From a virus (lineage: Duplodnaviria > Heunggongvirae > Uroviricota > Caudoviricetes): a stretch of 47,011 bases of DNA. The notes below the pieces were generated by a model. The model did not search any database. It was not told where the DNA came from and saw only the letters and a list, made by a program, of their open reading frames with translations. The position numbers and the translations under genes are program-made. The stretch lies in the IMG/VR virus record IMGVR_UViG_2534682294_000023, one strand, 5' to 3'. Positions 9,384 to 18,949 of the stretch are shown piece by piece. Within the stretch, counting starts at the first letter, position 1. Each line of letters opens with the position of its first letter.

Positions 9384-10497
9384 TGAATTTAATCCCCTGT
9401 TTTTTCATCTGTGCCCGCACGAAGGCGTCCACGTCACCCGCATTTCCGCTTCCGCTGTTTCCCGGCTCTGCCGGAACAATAAAGCCGTCACGGGGTGCCA
9501 GAATCAGACGGGTGGTTTCGCCGTGATTTGCATCCAGCGAAAACTCCACCTGACAGACAAGAAGATCACGCTCTTCCACTCCGGTACGGGGAGCCGTGAC
9601 AGCCGTCAGCAGGTTGATATCCCACAACTGGCCGTTCTCCCGAAACCAGTGCCGCACGGTGGCTGTCAGGCGCACAGAGCGGGCAACCGCCCGGCGCATT
9701 TCCCGGACAGCCCTCTGGCGTGCACCGTCTGCATCAACAGCATGATCCGCCAGCACAATTTTCGGTCTGTAACGGTGGATGGCACTGTCTGTCACCGTAC
9801 CAACTGGTGCGGCCAGCGTTCCGGCTGTCAGTGCATCCCCGGCATGACCACCACCACGCCCGTGCCCCCGTACACGGTATTCACTGTGGCGCAGACGGTG
9901 ATCCACGTTGTGATCCAAATCCAGCAGATTTTCGCCCAGCGTCAGCGTGTCACCACGCTGACTGCCGGCCTGAGTGAAAACCAGTTCACCGGCGGCATTA
10001 CTGGTTACCAGGACGCCTCTGTGTCTCGCGGCCCGTGTCAGCGCATCTGCCACGGTTTCTGAATTTTCCAGTGTGAAGGTGGAAAAGGGCCGGGCTGCCG
10101 TTGCATCATTTACCTGCCAGCGCACCGTGACCCCGAACGGAGCACACAAATCTGAAGCAATGTGCTCCAGCGTGCGGTTCCTCCACTGGCTGCCCGGATG
10201 AATGGCTGAACAGTCCACCAGGTCACCGGTTTTATCCCGTCCGCTGAGCGTGATCTGAAAACGCGTGGCGCTGATGCGCTGCCGGACCTGATCCAGCCAG
10301 CCAGTGATCACAGGCTGACCGTCAATGCGCAATTCCAGAGACTGACCGGCACGGACGGATGACGGAAGGCGTACACCGGGCATCATTACCCCCAGTTCAA
10401 AGGAGCCCGCCAGATGTTCAAGAGAGCGACGAACACTCACCGTCAGCCAGCCGGAAAAAATCTCACCGCCCAGATACAGTTCAACCCTGCTGCTCAC
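9373..10497 (-). CDS. Baseplate hub protein (Mu gp44 / P2 gpD-like)
   Basis: 374-aa ORF at the expected position downstream of the DNA circulation gene. Confidence 0.7.
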   Translation of the reverse strand: MSSRVELYLGGEIFSGWLTVSVRRSLEHLAGSFELGVMMPGVRLPSSVRAGQSLELRIDGQPVITGWLDQVRQRISATRFQITLSGRDKTGDLVDCSAIHPGSQWRNRTLEHIASDLCAPFGVTVRWQVNDATAARPFSTFTLENSETVADALTRAARHRGVLVTSNAAGELVFTQAGSQRGDTLTLGENLLDLDHNVDHRLRHSEYRVRGHGRGGGHAGDALTAGTLAAPVGTVTDSAIHRYRPKIVLADHAVDADGARQRAVREMRRAVARSVRLTATVRHWFRENGQLWDINLLTAVTAPRTGVEERDLLVCQVEFSLDANHGETTRLILAPRDGFIVPAEPGNSGSGNAGDVDAFVRAQMKKQGIKFNDE

Positions 10498-11851
10498 TAA
10501 TCACCTCCACTGAATGGCCTCCGGGAATGAACAGCGGATCAATAATACCGTTACGGCGCACAAAACGTTGCCAGCCGGTACTGTTCCCGGTGGCACGGTA
10601 CAGGGTCACCAGTGCAGGCTCGGTGGTACGTACAGTCACTACTGTTGCACCGGGTAGCTGAACTCCCCGTGTATTCAGATCCTCTGTCAGTGCCAGTCTG
10701 GCATCACGAAGCGTCAGCGCCGTGGCGGTATACCCCTGCCCGGACAGTGTCATCACCTGCCGTTCGAGCGCTTCGCTTAAGTCACGGTTAATGCGCTGAA
10801 GATCAACTGAACTTTCCAGCCAGACAGGCCAGGTACGGTGGGCTGCGTCACTGTCCGGCAGGGTTTCCTGACTGAGAACCTGATCCAGCAGTTTTCCCAC
10901 GGTCTGTGCCTGGGCCACCACGGCAGCACTCTGCATTACCGCCCGTATCAGACGAATATTCTTTTGTGCTGCCGGTGTCAGACCGATGAGAGTCTGCGGA
11001 TTATCCTGCTCATCCAGCACGTAACGCAGGGAAGATAATGTCCTGTACAGTTGTGGCATTCCCTGAGAGACGGCGGATGTCGTCCGGCCGATACTGCCAC
11101 CGGGCCGGGTATTCAGGCCTCCTGAAGACAGTGACGGCAGCGATGGCAGGGTGATCAGGGCACTGAAAAGCCCCGCAAAAGATGAGGCCATGCGGGAAGG
11201 TGCTGTCAGTAATGCCGTGGCATTCCCTTTCAGCGCCGTGAACGTGGCAGTAAAGGCACTGATATCCTGTACAATCCCCATGCCGGAAACGGCATTTTCC
11301 AGGGCGGACACCTTATCGCTGATGGTTTCGGTCATTGCCTGGACATCGTGCATTCCGTCAGAAATCACCGTCCAGCCCGCTTCCAGGGTTTCAAAAACCT
11401 TCCCGAGCGCGGTGGTACTCTTCTGCTCCAGAATGGCGGCCGTGTCCTGTGTGACAGCAGGTGCGGTATCATCACTTACCGGCGTGACATTAATGGTGAA
11501 CTCAACCACGCCCTGTTCAGCAGCGTTATAACGACTTTCAAAGCTGTTTATCAGCACATTTAACGTGCCGTAATCCGGGTGAAGCAGCTCCCCGGCACCG
11601 GGAGCACGAAGGGCATCACGCAGACGATTTCGCTGTGTCTGAACATCATCCCCCATCACAAGTACACTGAACGTAAATTCAGCCAGTTTAGGTCCCAGAT
11701 CGTCTGCACCACCGGTTTCCCGTAACGGATATTCCCGACGGACAATGTTTCGCCCGCCACGTTCGCGCTGCTCACGCCAGACGAGGAACGGCACACCACG
11801 GAACGCACCACGACCGTCACCAGAGGCCATAATTCCCTCCGTTCCAGACAT
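10481..11851 (-). CDS. DNA circulation protein N-like (Mu gp43-like)
   Basis: 456-aa ORF immediately downstream of the tape measure gene; synteny. Confidence 0.65.
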   Translation of the reverse strand: MSGTEGIMASGDGRGAFRGVPFLVWREQRERGGRNIVRREYPLRETGGADDLGPKLAEFTFSVLVMGDDVQTQRNRLRDALRAPGAGELLHPDYGTLNVLINSFESRYNAAEQGVVEFTINVTPVSDDTAPAVTQDTAAILEQKSTTALGKVFETLEAGWTVISDGMHDVQAMTETISDKVSALENAVSGMGIVQDISAFTATFTALKGNATALLTAPSRMASSFAGLFSALITLPSLPSLSSGGLNTRPGGSIGRTTSAVSQGMPQLYRTLSSLRYVLDEQDNPQTLIGLTPAAQKNIRLIRAVMQSAAVVAQAQTVGKLLDQVLSQETLPDSDAAHRTWPVWLESSVDLQRINRDLSEALERQVMTLSGQGYTATALTLRDARLALTEDLNTRGVQLPGATVVTVRTTEPALVTLYRATGNSTGWQRFVRRNGIIDPLFIPGGHSVEVISEQQG

Positions 11852-13892
11852 TCACATCCAGTCCGTGACCGGACGTGTCATCAATATCAATACTGCGAGC
11901 CTGCCACCCTTCCGGGGCAACCAGCTCCACACGGGCAGAGGCTTTTTGTACCGCCTGTCCACTGCTTTCATCATCACTGCCCCGTAATTTCTGCCAGGCT
12001 TCAGTCAGCCATCCCCCCAGATAGTTACCGAGATAGCTGCCCACCGTAGAACCAATGGCAATCCCCACAGGTCCGGCTGCCGCCCCCAGCGCACCACCGG
12101 CAATACTGCCTGCAAGAGAGCCGACCGCTTCTCCCTTGTCTGTGGCACTGGCGCTGCCATCCAGCAGAACCGGGGCTGCCATCGCGCCAGCCCACAGGGC
12201 ACCTCCACCCAGCCGGCCGGCCAGTCCACCGGCACTGCGGAAAAAGCCGGAGAAACGCCCCAGCCCCATGCGGCTACCGACAGACGAAAGTAACCCACCG
12301 GCGCGCCCCATCATGCGCCCCCAGAACCCTGCCCCACCAGAAGAGGGAGACGGTGGCACTGGGGACGGTGGCAGGGGAGGCGTGACCGGTCTTCCGCGCC
12401 CCGGTCCGCGTTTCCTGCGGCCCCGCCCCTGACGTCCGCCTGAGGATGTATCGGTCGCGCCGGTGCCGGACAGTCCTCCTGTGGGCCAGTTTGTTACAAG
12501 TACTGGCTGAACGGCTGCCGGATTTACCCCGGTAAGAAAGTTTATAAAACGTTGCCCTCGTCCCTGAGATGTGCCTGGTGGTGTTCCGGCCGGAGGAGAG
12601 CGCCGGAAAGGTGAGGTCAGGAAGGCCGCCGCTGATAATCCGTATCCCAGCAATGCAGCACCCGGACGTATAATCCCCGTTCCGACAGCCCGCGCCATTT
12701 TCAGGGCACGGGTGGCGAGATACATGTACAGCAGGTATTTCGCGGCGGTCTGTGCCCCCTGACCAATGCGATCCAGCGCATCACCATAGCCCGCATCCCG
12801 CAGAGCCTGAAGCGTGTCGCGTACCTTTCTGATCGCCTGATAAAACCCTGTCACTGCATCACGGGCATACTCAAAGCCCTGGTTCATGGCTGATGCCGTG
12901 CTTTCCGCCAGGGAATGGTAACTGCCATCAGATTTGGCACTGTCAACCCATGAAAGAAATCCCCTGAGATTACCCTTCAGTTTTTCAAATGGCCCACTGT
13001 CCATCACATCCCGGGCAAACTGGTCCCAGACGTCACCCATCATGGCCGTCAGGCCACTCCAGGAATTCATTGCGTCCTTTTGTGCTCCCCTGGCCTGTTC
13101 CGCCAGCGTCTGAAATAACAGGCGAATACTGTCCGGCCCAAGCAGCCCTTTTTCACCAAGTTTTCTGACCACTTTCTGGTCCACACCCAGACGATCAGCC
13201 AGCACGCGGTAGGCATTAATGCCGTAGGTGGCAAGAATATTTGCATCCGCCGCCTGAATACTGCCTCTTGCATACATCTGTTTCAGTTGCAGGGATGCCC
13301 CCTGTGCATCGGACAGTGACCAGCCGCCCACGGCACCCTGATCCTGAAGCATGGTGACAAAATTTCGGGCCTCCCTGTCACTCATACCAAAGCCCAGACT
13401 GGACGTATATTCCTGCATGACGCCAGCCAGCCCCCAGGTGGTTTCCTTCGCATTCTGTATTGCCCACCTGCGGACATCATCAGTTTTCGCCCGATCCCCT
13501 TTGTAAAGGGAGTTCAGGCGAATCATATAGGTTTCCATCTCCGCTGCCGGGCGAATAAATCCCCGGTTAAAGCCATATACAGCAGCACCACCGGCCAGCA
13601 TTCCGTAAAGATTGCTGATCCGCCCGATGGTGCCGGTAATACTGCCCTGAAGACGGTCAAAATCAGAAGTGACATGGCGGATACTGCCCCGCACCCCGGC
13701 CAGCGTGCGCTGCATCCTGCTTCCGAGTACATCTGTTTCCTGCCCGGCACGGCGGGCAGCATTTCCCAGGCCACCCAGCCCCGCCTGGCCGGAGCGTGAG
13801 AATGCCCCCAGCTCCTGTGACCACTGGCGGGATTTGGCTGAGATATTGCCGAGCAAATCAACTATCAGAGATGCTCTGAGATTTCGGGCCAT
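11817..13892 (-). CDS. Tail tape measure protein
   Basis: 691-aa ORF, helical N-terminal part, Pro-rich linker (PPLPPSPVPPSPS) and Gly-rich C-terminus; follows the tail chaperone. Confidence 0.8.
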   Translation of the reverse strand: MARNLRASLIVDLLGNISAKSRQWSQELGAFSRSGQAGLGGLGNAARRAGQETDVLGSRMQRTLAGVRGSIRHVTSDFDRLQGSITGTIGRISNLYGMLAGGAAVYGFNRGFIRPAAEMETYMIRLNSLYKGDRAKTDDVRRWAIQNAKETTWGLAGVMQEYTSSLGFGMSDREARNFVTMLQDQGAVGGWSLSDAQGASLQLKQMYARGSIQAADANILATYGINAYRVLADRLGVDQKVVRKLGEKGLLGPDSIRLLFQTLAEQARGAQKDAMNSWSGLTAMMGDVWDQFARDVMDSGPFEKLKGNLRGFLSWVDSAKSDGSYHSLAESTASAMNQGFEYARDAVTGFYQAIRKVRDTLQALRDAGYGDALDRIGQGAQTAAKYLLYMYLATRALKMARAVGTGIIRPGAALLGYGLSAAAFLTSPFRRSPPAGTPPGTSQGRGQRFINFLTGVNPAAVQPVLVTNWPTGGLSGTGATDTSSGGRQGRGRRKRGPGRGRPVTPPLPPSPVPPSPSSGGAGFWGRMMGRAGGLLSSVGSRMGLGRFSGFFRSAGGLAGRLGGGALWAGAMAAPVLLDGSASATDKGEAVGSLAGSIAGGALGAAAGPVGIAIGSTVGSYLGNYLGGWLTEAWQKLRGSDDESSGQAVQKASARVELVAPEGWQARSIDIDDTSGHGLDVNVWNGGNYGLW

Positions 13893-13894
13893 AC

Positions 13895-14077
13895 TTACTG
13901 CTTCGTTCTGATGATTTTTTCTGTCTGTCGGCAGTGCCGGTAAAGTTGCGACAGGGGGAGGTTAAGCGCCCATTCCGGACCGCTTTTTGTCACCATCCCC
14001 AGGATAATTGCCGCTTCTTCAATCTGATCCCGACACTGCGCCTGATCGCCCCCGGTCAGCTGCCAGCTTTCCGGCAA
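13895..14077 (-). CDS. Possible frameshift extension of the tail assembly chaperone
   Basis: 60-aa ORF overlapping the chaperone 3' end in another frame and ending 3 nt before the tape measure start; arrangement typical of G/GT-type chaperones. Confidence 0.25.
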   Translation of the reverse strand: MPESWQLTGGDQAQCRDQIEEAAIILGMVTKSGPEWALNLPLSQLYRHCRQTEKIIRTKQ

Positions 14078-14513
14078 GCGCGGTATCCAGCAGGCTGACC
14101 GCTGCCATCAGGCGGGAGAGATCGCGCTCGCTTAACTGTCCAATCTGACGGGGTGACAACGGACCTTCAATGTCTCCCACTGCGGCAATCTGACGGCGCA
14201 GCAGTGCAACACCGCGTAACGACGGAGACGCTATCAGCATCGGGCCATTGTTTGTCTCCACCACGCGCTCGGCTTCTGCTTCTGCGTCAATACTGTCTTT
14301 CGCTGTCAGTTCCCGGAACGTGACACGATATTCACGGGTCTCACCAAACGGCAGACCATCAAGCAGATCCACATATCCCTTTGCCAGTTGCTCTGTCAGC
14401 CCGGCAGTGCGTGGATCAGCCCCCTCAAGTGCTTCCCGGATTGCCTCCATCACGGCTGCCTCGGAAACTGCCGTTTTTTTCTTACGTGTGGTCATTTTAT
14501 TTTTCCTGATCAC
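14019..14513 (-). CDS. Tail assembly chaperone (Mu gp41-like)
   Basis: 164-aa acidic ORF between the tail tube and tape measure genes. Confidence 0.55.
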   Translation of the reverse strand: MIRKNKMTTRKKKTAVSEAAVMEAIREALEGADPRTAGLTEQLAKGYVDLLDGLPFGETREYRVTFRELTAKDSIDAEAEAERVVETNNGPMLIASPSLRGVALLRRQIAAVGDIEGPLSPRQIGQLSERDLSRLMAAVSLLDTALAGKLAADRGRSGAVSGSD

Positions 14514-14875
14514 TGAACACGGGTACTGGAGGCGCTGGCGAACTTCACGGAGATCTCCCCGCCACCGTCAAGCGAGGCCGGTTCACTGCTCCAGGCCTTC
14601 GTCATCATGTGGACTTCGCCGGTATCCGCCACAAACTCGATAGTGACCGCAGTCCAGTTGTTGATTTCATCGGCGGCTGGTGAACCTTCTCCGCCTGCCG
14701 GAAATTTGCAGTCCAGCGTCGCTTCACGTGGTTTCTGGCGGTAACCATAGACTTTCGCGCCTTTCACCACTTCACGTTCAAAACCAGACGGAGAAAATGT
14801 AGCTCCCTCAAGCGTCTCGTATTCCTGACCGTTCACACGGATAGTGGCCGTACCCTGATACTGTTTTCCGCTCAT
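14510..14875 (-). CDS. Tail tube protein
   Basis: 121-aa ORF immediately downstream of the sheath gene; size and synteny. Confidence 0.75.
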   Translation of the reverse strand: MSGKQYQGTATIRVNGQEYETLEGATFSPSGFEREVVKGAKVYGYRQKPREATLDCKFPAGGEGSPAADEINNWTAVTIEFVADTGEVHMMTKAWSSEPASLDGGGEISVKFASASSTRVQ

Positions 14876-14883
14876 GCCTTACC

Positions 14884-16386
14884 TCACAAAATGAAACGGA
14901 TCTGTGCTGCCAGGAAGCGGAACTGGTTAACCAGATCCGGCGTGCATAACACGTCAAGACGGTTTCGATCTGACGCATTACGCTCCACAAGCAGATTCTT
15001 TTTAAAGGTGTCCAGATTTTCGACCAGCCCGAGTTCCACCCACTCTTCACCCAGCGAAATTAACTGAAGCTTCATGATCTCCGGCGTCACGATATTCTGA
15101 CCGGCACGAACGGGCGTCCCGTCATCAGCCAGTTTATGGCGCGGAAAACGTTGTGTGATAAAAGTACGCAGGGAATAACGCAGCCAGGAGAGGGTGTAGA
15201 TGGTTTCCACATCCAGATAGCTGGGATCACTTTCGCCGTACACGTTCTGGCGATACATGGTCACCTGACGTTCGATCTGAACCACATCACCGGCAGCCAC
15301 ACTGACCGTGGCAATCCCTCCCCACAGCAGACTGTTACGCTCTTCACGCGTCAGACGATCGGCCGGAGCCGGGGCCATGCGTGACGGAAGCGCCAGCGTC
15401 TGAAGCGGACGCGCAGGATCTGCTCCCAGAGAGGGTGCACAGGTGGCACAGACCGCCGCTGCCCAGAGGTAATCCGGTTCAGGGGCTTTGGGAATGGATG
15501 TGCAGGTCGCCAGAAAATCATTGCGTTTTGCCCCGAATGCCTGCACCTCACCAAACGTGCCGGTATGTGCCAGCCACAGCACGCCGTCAGACATTTTGGC
15601 CGGTCCCCAGCGTTTCAGAAGCTCATCACTGATGATTTTCAGGTTTGCATCATCCTTATAGGGCATGACGACATAGTTGTACTGGCGATCGCCCATACCC
15701 GCCACGCTTCGGGTGATATCCGGGTTAGCCGCTTTTTGTTTCGGATAGGCTATAGCGACCTGTATTCCTTCCGGGGTTGCTTCCCCGTCGTGATAGTTCA
15801 GGCGCACATCATGAACGGAGCATTCACCGGTAAAGCGGGCGGTGATCCCCAGAGACCCTTTCAGACCTGCGCCATTATCACCACTTCCTGCACCAGAGGA
15901 GGCCGTGAAGGGCGCGTCAGGATCGGCATTGATCAGCGCGGCCAGCTCGTCGGTCAGTTCTTTGCCTTTCTTACCTTTTGGTGCCGGGAGTGTATAACGC
16001 CGCCCCCCCACGCAGGCATAAACAATCCCGTCACGGGTGACCGTTCCGGTCAGATTCATGGCCGCAGCCGTTGCCTGTCCGGTGCCGTTCCCCTGAGCAA
16101 TGGCATACAGTTCAGCATCAGGATTGATGGCGATAAATTCCGCCACCATCAGGGCAATCATGGAGCCGCGCCCCCAGAGTTCTGTTGCCTGAGACGCACG
16201 GGTGATCCTGACCGGAACATCCAGAACACCGGCACCGTCCACGGCATTCTCTTTCATTCTCGCCTGACCAAACAGCAGCACACACTGACGCTGTGCCGGA
16301 GTGCCGGTGACAGCCATGGAGTTATTAAACTCAACCTCAATCAGCGGTATACGGCGGTCATTACCGATCCCGTCAAAATTAATCAT
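14884..16386 (-). CDS. Contractile tail sheath protein
   Basis: 500-aa ORF in the canonical sheath-tube-chaperone-tape measure order. Confidence 0.85.
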   Translation of the reverse strand: MINFDGIGNDRRIPLIEVEFNNSMAVTGTPAQRQCVLLFGQARMKENAVDGAGVLDVPVRITRASQATELWGRGSMIALMVAEFIAINPDAELYAIAQGNGTGQATAAAMNLTGTVTRDGIVYACVGGRRYTLPAPKGKKGKELTDELAALINADPDAPFTASSGAGSGDNGAGLKGSLGITARFTGECSVHDVRLNYHDGEATPEGIQVAIAYPKQKAANPDITRSVAGMGDRQYNYVVMPYKDDANLKIISDELLKRWGPAKMSDGVLWLAHTGTFGEVQAFGAKRNDFLATCTSIPKAPEPDYLWAAAVCATCAPSLGADPARPLQTLALPSRMAPAPADRLTREERNSLLWGGIATVSVAAGDVVQIERQVTMYRQNVYGESDPSYLDVETIYTLSWLRYSLRTFITQRFPRHKLADDGTPVRAGQNIVTPEIMKLQLISLGEEWVELGLVENLDTFKKNLLVERNASDRNRLDVLCTPDLVNQFRFLAAQIRFIL

Positions 16387-16628
16387 TGCGGTTTCTCCTT
16401 ATCGGATGCCGGTTGGGCGACCGGTTTTTCTGTCGCAGTCGTTGCATCCGCAGATACAGCCGGAGCCTCTTCAGCGGCTTTTTCAGCCTGAATGACATCG
16501 CCGTCATCAAGACGCCGACACCAGAACGGCGTAAAGGGCTTTTCCTCCCCCTCCTGTGCCAGCGGGCGCATTGTGTCGGGATCACGAATCAGGCGTCCCG
16601 GCGCGGGTTTGATAAAGATGGTTTTCAT
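16383..16628 (-). CDS. Mu gp38-like small protein
   Basis: 81-aa ORF between head-completion genes and the sheath; synteny. Confidence 0.5.
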   Translation of the reverse strand: MKTIFIKPAPGRLIRDPDTMRPLAQEGEEKPFTPFWCRRLDDGDVIQAEKAAEEAPAVSADATTATEKPVAQPASDKEKPQ

Positions 16629-17189
16629 TTACAGTTCCTCCGGCGGTTCGACCGCCGTTGTCGTGTTCCCCGGCAAATCAATATGTGCCTCAAACGGCGG
16701 CGTACCGGGCGGCTCCACAAAGGTTTCGTAATGACGCAGGAAGTCGTCCAGCGAGCTGGTATCGGTCAGCGGTGCGATCATTTCCTCGCAGGAGAAATAA
16801 AGCGCATACATCACCGCACCACTGTCCGCCTGGGTTTCGGTGTAACCGTTGACCGCCTTTTCAAAGTAAAGCGGTGAGGTTTTTTCTGTTCTGAAGCCGT
16901 TAAGCACGGCAATCAGCCGGGCCACAATCTGATACAGTCCGGGACGGCTGGCCTCACGCCCGTTGAGCATGTCGCCGATGACGTAGAACACCCAGTGACT
17001 GACCAGGCGACCACGGGTACGGCCTTCACCGGCACCCAGCCAGGCAACGTAGATCGCCGGGGCGTTAATCAGCATGGTGCGCAGTACGCTGTCGCTCCAG
17101 TCGCCGGGATGCGTGTCAACAGACACCAGTTCATTCCCGAAATACTCACGGATACGGGCGATGTATGCCTGTTCGGTTTCCGTAATCAT
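16629..17189 (-). CDS. Mu gp37-like head-tail joining protein
   Basis: 186-aa ORF; synteny. Confidence 0.55.
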   Translation of the reverse strand: MITETEQAYIARIREYFGNELVSVDTHPGDWSDSVLRTMLINAPAIYVAWLGAGEGRTRGRLVSHWVFYVIGDMLNGREASRPGLYQIVARLIAVLNGFRTEKTSPLYFEKAVNGYTETQADSGAVMYALYFSCEEMIAPLTDTSSLDDFLRHYETFVEPPGTPPFEAHIDLPGNTTTAVEPPEEL

Positions 17190-17605
17190 ATGAAGCCCTT
17201 CTGGTTGCGCCCGAATACCGCTGCATCAGACTGAACCTGTGGTAAATCCCCGGATTCAGGGGCCGCACCGTTCGTATCCACACCGACCGGCACATTGCCG
17301 TTCATGACATCTTTCAGCCAGGCCAGCGCTTCACGGTAACGGTCACGCGCCTGATCGGAGGCTCGCTGATCGCACAGGTAATAAAAGGCAATCGCGCAAC
17401 AGTGCTGAACAAGAACGGCCGGAATAACCTCCAGCGGCAACGTGTAACGGGCGGACAGATAGCTGTCGATAAGGGCTGACGCATCTGTCAGCGCCCGGTT
17501 CAGCTTGCGCGTGTCCGGCTCATCCGAACGGGGCACAGCCAGTAACGGCCTGAGCAAATCCTCGCGGTAACGCGCCCGCATATCGGTTTCAGTGGCGTAA
17601 TTCAT
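17186..17605 (-). CDS. Mu gp36-like head-tail connector protein
   Basis: 139-aa ORF; synteny. Confidence 0.55.
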   Translation of the reverse strand: MNYATETDMRARYREDLLRPLLAVPRSDEPDTRKLNRALTDASALIDSYLSARYTLPLEVIPAVLVQHCCAIAFYYLCDQRASDQARDRYREALAWLKDVMNGNVPVGVDTNGAAPESGDLPQVQSDAAVFGRNQKGFI

Positions 17606-17958
17606 GCACGGGCCTGTTCCGCTTTGTTACCGGTCTTTTTCCGGGGAGCATCCTGTCCGGCTTCGGCTTCGGCTTCGGCTAAATCTGTACCGGCCACTGC
17701 ATGAACCACACCCGCCACGCTCCCCGCATCATCAGCAGACGTCTGTAGTATTCGCACAGTGAGGCATGGCTCCTCCTCCAGTCGGGCAAGCTGCTCCGGG
17801 GTGACCTCAACCTGCTGACGTCCACGCGTGAACAGGAACCCCGCACGACGAAACGCCGAACGACTGCAACGCACTTCTGCCAGCACCGTGACAGAATTGT
17901 CACCACTGACCTGAAGACCTGAATCATCTGTTGCTGCCACAGTGTGATGTTCATTCAT
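17602..17958 (-). CDS. Mu gp35-like protein
   Basis: 118-aa ORF immediately downstream of the major head gene. Confidence 0.45.
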   Translation of the reverse strand: MNEHHTVAATDDSGLQVSGDNSVTVLAEVRCSRSAFRRAGFLFTRGRQQVEVTPEQLARLEEEPCLTVRILQTSADDAGSVAGVVHAVAGTDLAEAEAEAGQDAPRKKTGNKAEQARA

Positions 17959-18001
17959 ATTTGCCCTCCGCAGGGGCCGGGCCGTAAGCCCGGCTCACCG
18001 T

Positions 18002-18949
18002 TTACAGATAATCCGCGACAACCAGCTCCAGCTTGCCCTTCATCTCGTTAGAGACGGTTGCGTTTCCGTCTGCGAACAGTTCACGCTCCAGCAGCTGCAC
18101 CGCCTGTTTTTCCAGCGAGGTGGGGACAACAATATGGGTGGGTTTAATGCCGAGTTTGCGGCCACCGTCAGCGGTAAATTCGCGCATGGCTGACCAGCCG
18201 TGCCACAGTGCATCCAGCGTCAGCGGTGACTGCATTATGTAGGCCATCTGCCAGAAGCCGTAGCCCACATTGCGACGGGCGGATGCACCAAACACAAATT
18301 CGTTATCGGTGAATGCGCGACCTTCATCGACTTTGGTCTGGGCAACCAGTTCAGCCTTACGGCGATCCTGATAAATCAGCGGTTTTACCGCGCGGGAGCA
18401 GTCAAGCAGATACCAGGCCGGACCGCTGTAATCAGCCTGTGCGCCGACAGAGCCGGTTTTTGCCACAAACATATTGCTGACCATCTGCGCATCCCCGGAG
18501 CCATCCACTTTGGGGTAAACCGGATGTTCGGTATCAAAGAAGTTCTGACCGTCATAGCAGGCCGCACTGATCCCGTCACGCAGGGCAGCAAAGACCAGCT
18601 CATCCGGTTGTACCGCCGCAGCGCGCCCCATCTCCTGGAACAACGGGGAATAAATACCGAGGTTGTCGTCTTCGAAGTCATCGCGGCTAATGGCGACAGT
18701 GCCTTCAAAAGTTTTGTTCACGATGGCATAGCCATAGGCTTTCATCTTCTCGATGACGCGGGAGCCGATCCACTCACGGAACTGCGGGAACTGCCCCAGC
18801 CAGCCGTAGGTGTTGGATTTCGATGTGGAGGGCACGGTCATCGCAATTTTTTTATACTGCGACGGGGCCATGGACATCCCGGCCTGAAAATCAGAACGGT
18901 AGCCCGTCATCAGGGCGGTGATCATCGCCGGTGTAATCGGGGTAGGCAT
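18002..18949 (-). CDS. Major head (capsid) subunit, Mu T-like
   Basis: 315-aa ORF downstream of the protease/scaffold gene; size and synteny. Confidence 0.8.
   Translation of the reverse strand: MPTPITPAMITALMTGYRSDFQAGMSMAPSQYKKIAMTVPSTSKSNTYGWLGQFPQFREWIGSRVIEKMKAYGYAIVNKTFEGTVAISRDDFEDDNLGIYSPLFQEMGRAAAVQPDELVFAALRDGISAACYDGQNFFDTEHPVYPKVDGSGDAQMVSNMFVAKTGSVGAQADYSGPAWYLLDCSRAVKPLIYQDRRKAELVAQTKVDEGRAFTDNEFVFGASARRNVGYGFWQMAYIMQSPLTLDALWHGWSAMREFTADGGRKLGIKPTHIVVPTSLEKQAVQLLERELFADGNATVSNEMKGKLELVVADYL

Noticed and set aside
9259-10062. 267-aa plus-strand ORF
   Set aside because: Antisense to the baseplate hub gene; Cys/His/Arg-rich low-complexity translation typical of an antisense shadow.
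15565-16491. 308-aa plus-strand ORF
   Set aside because: Lies entirely antisense to the tail sheath gene in GC-rich DNA; the composition looks like a shadow ORF and there is no RBS or syntenic support.
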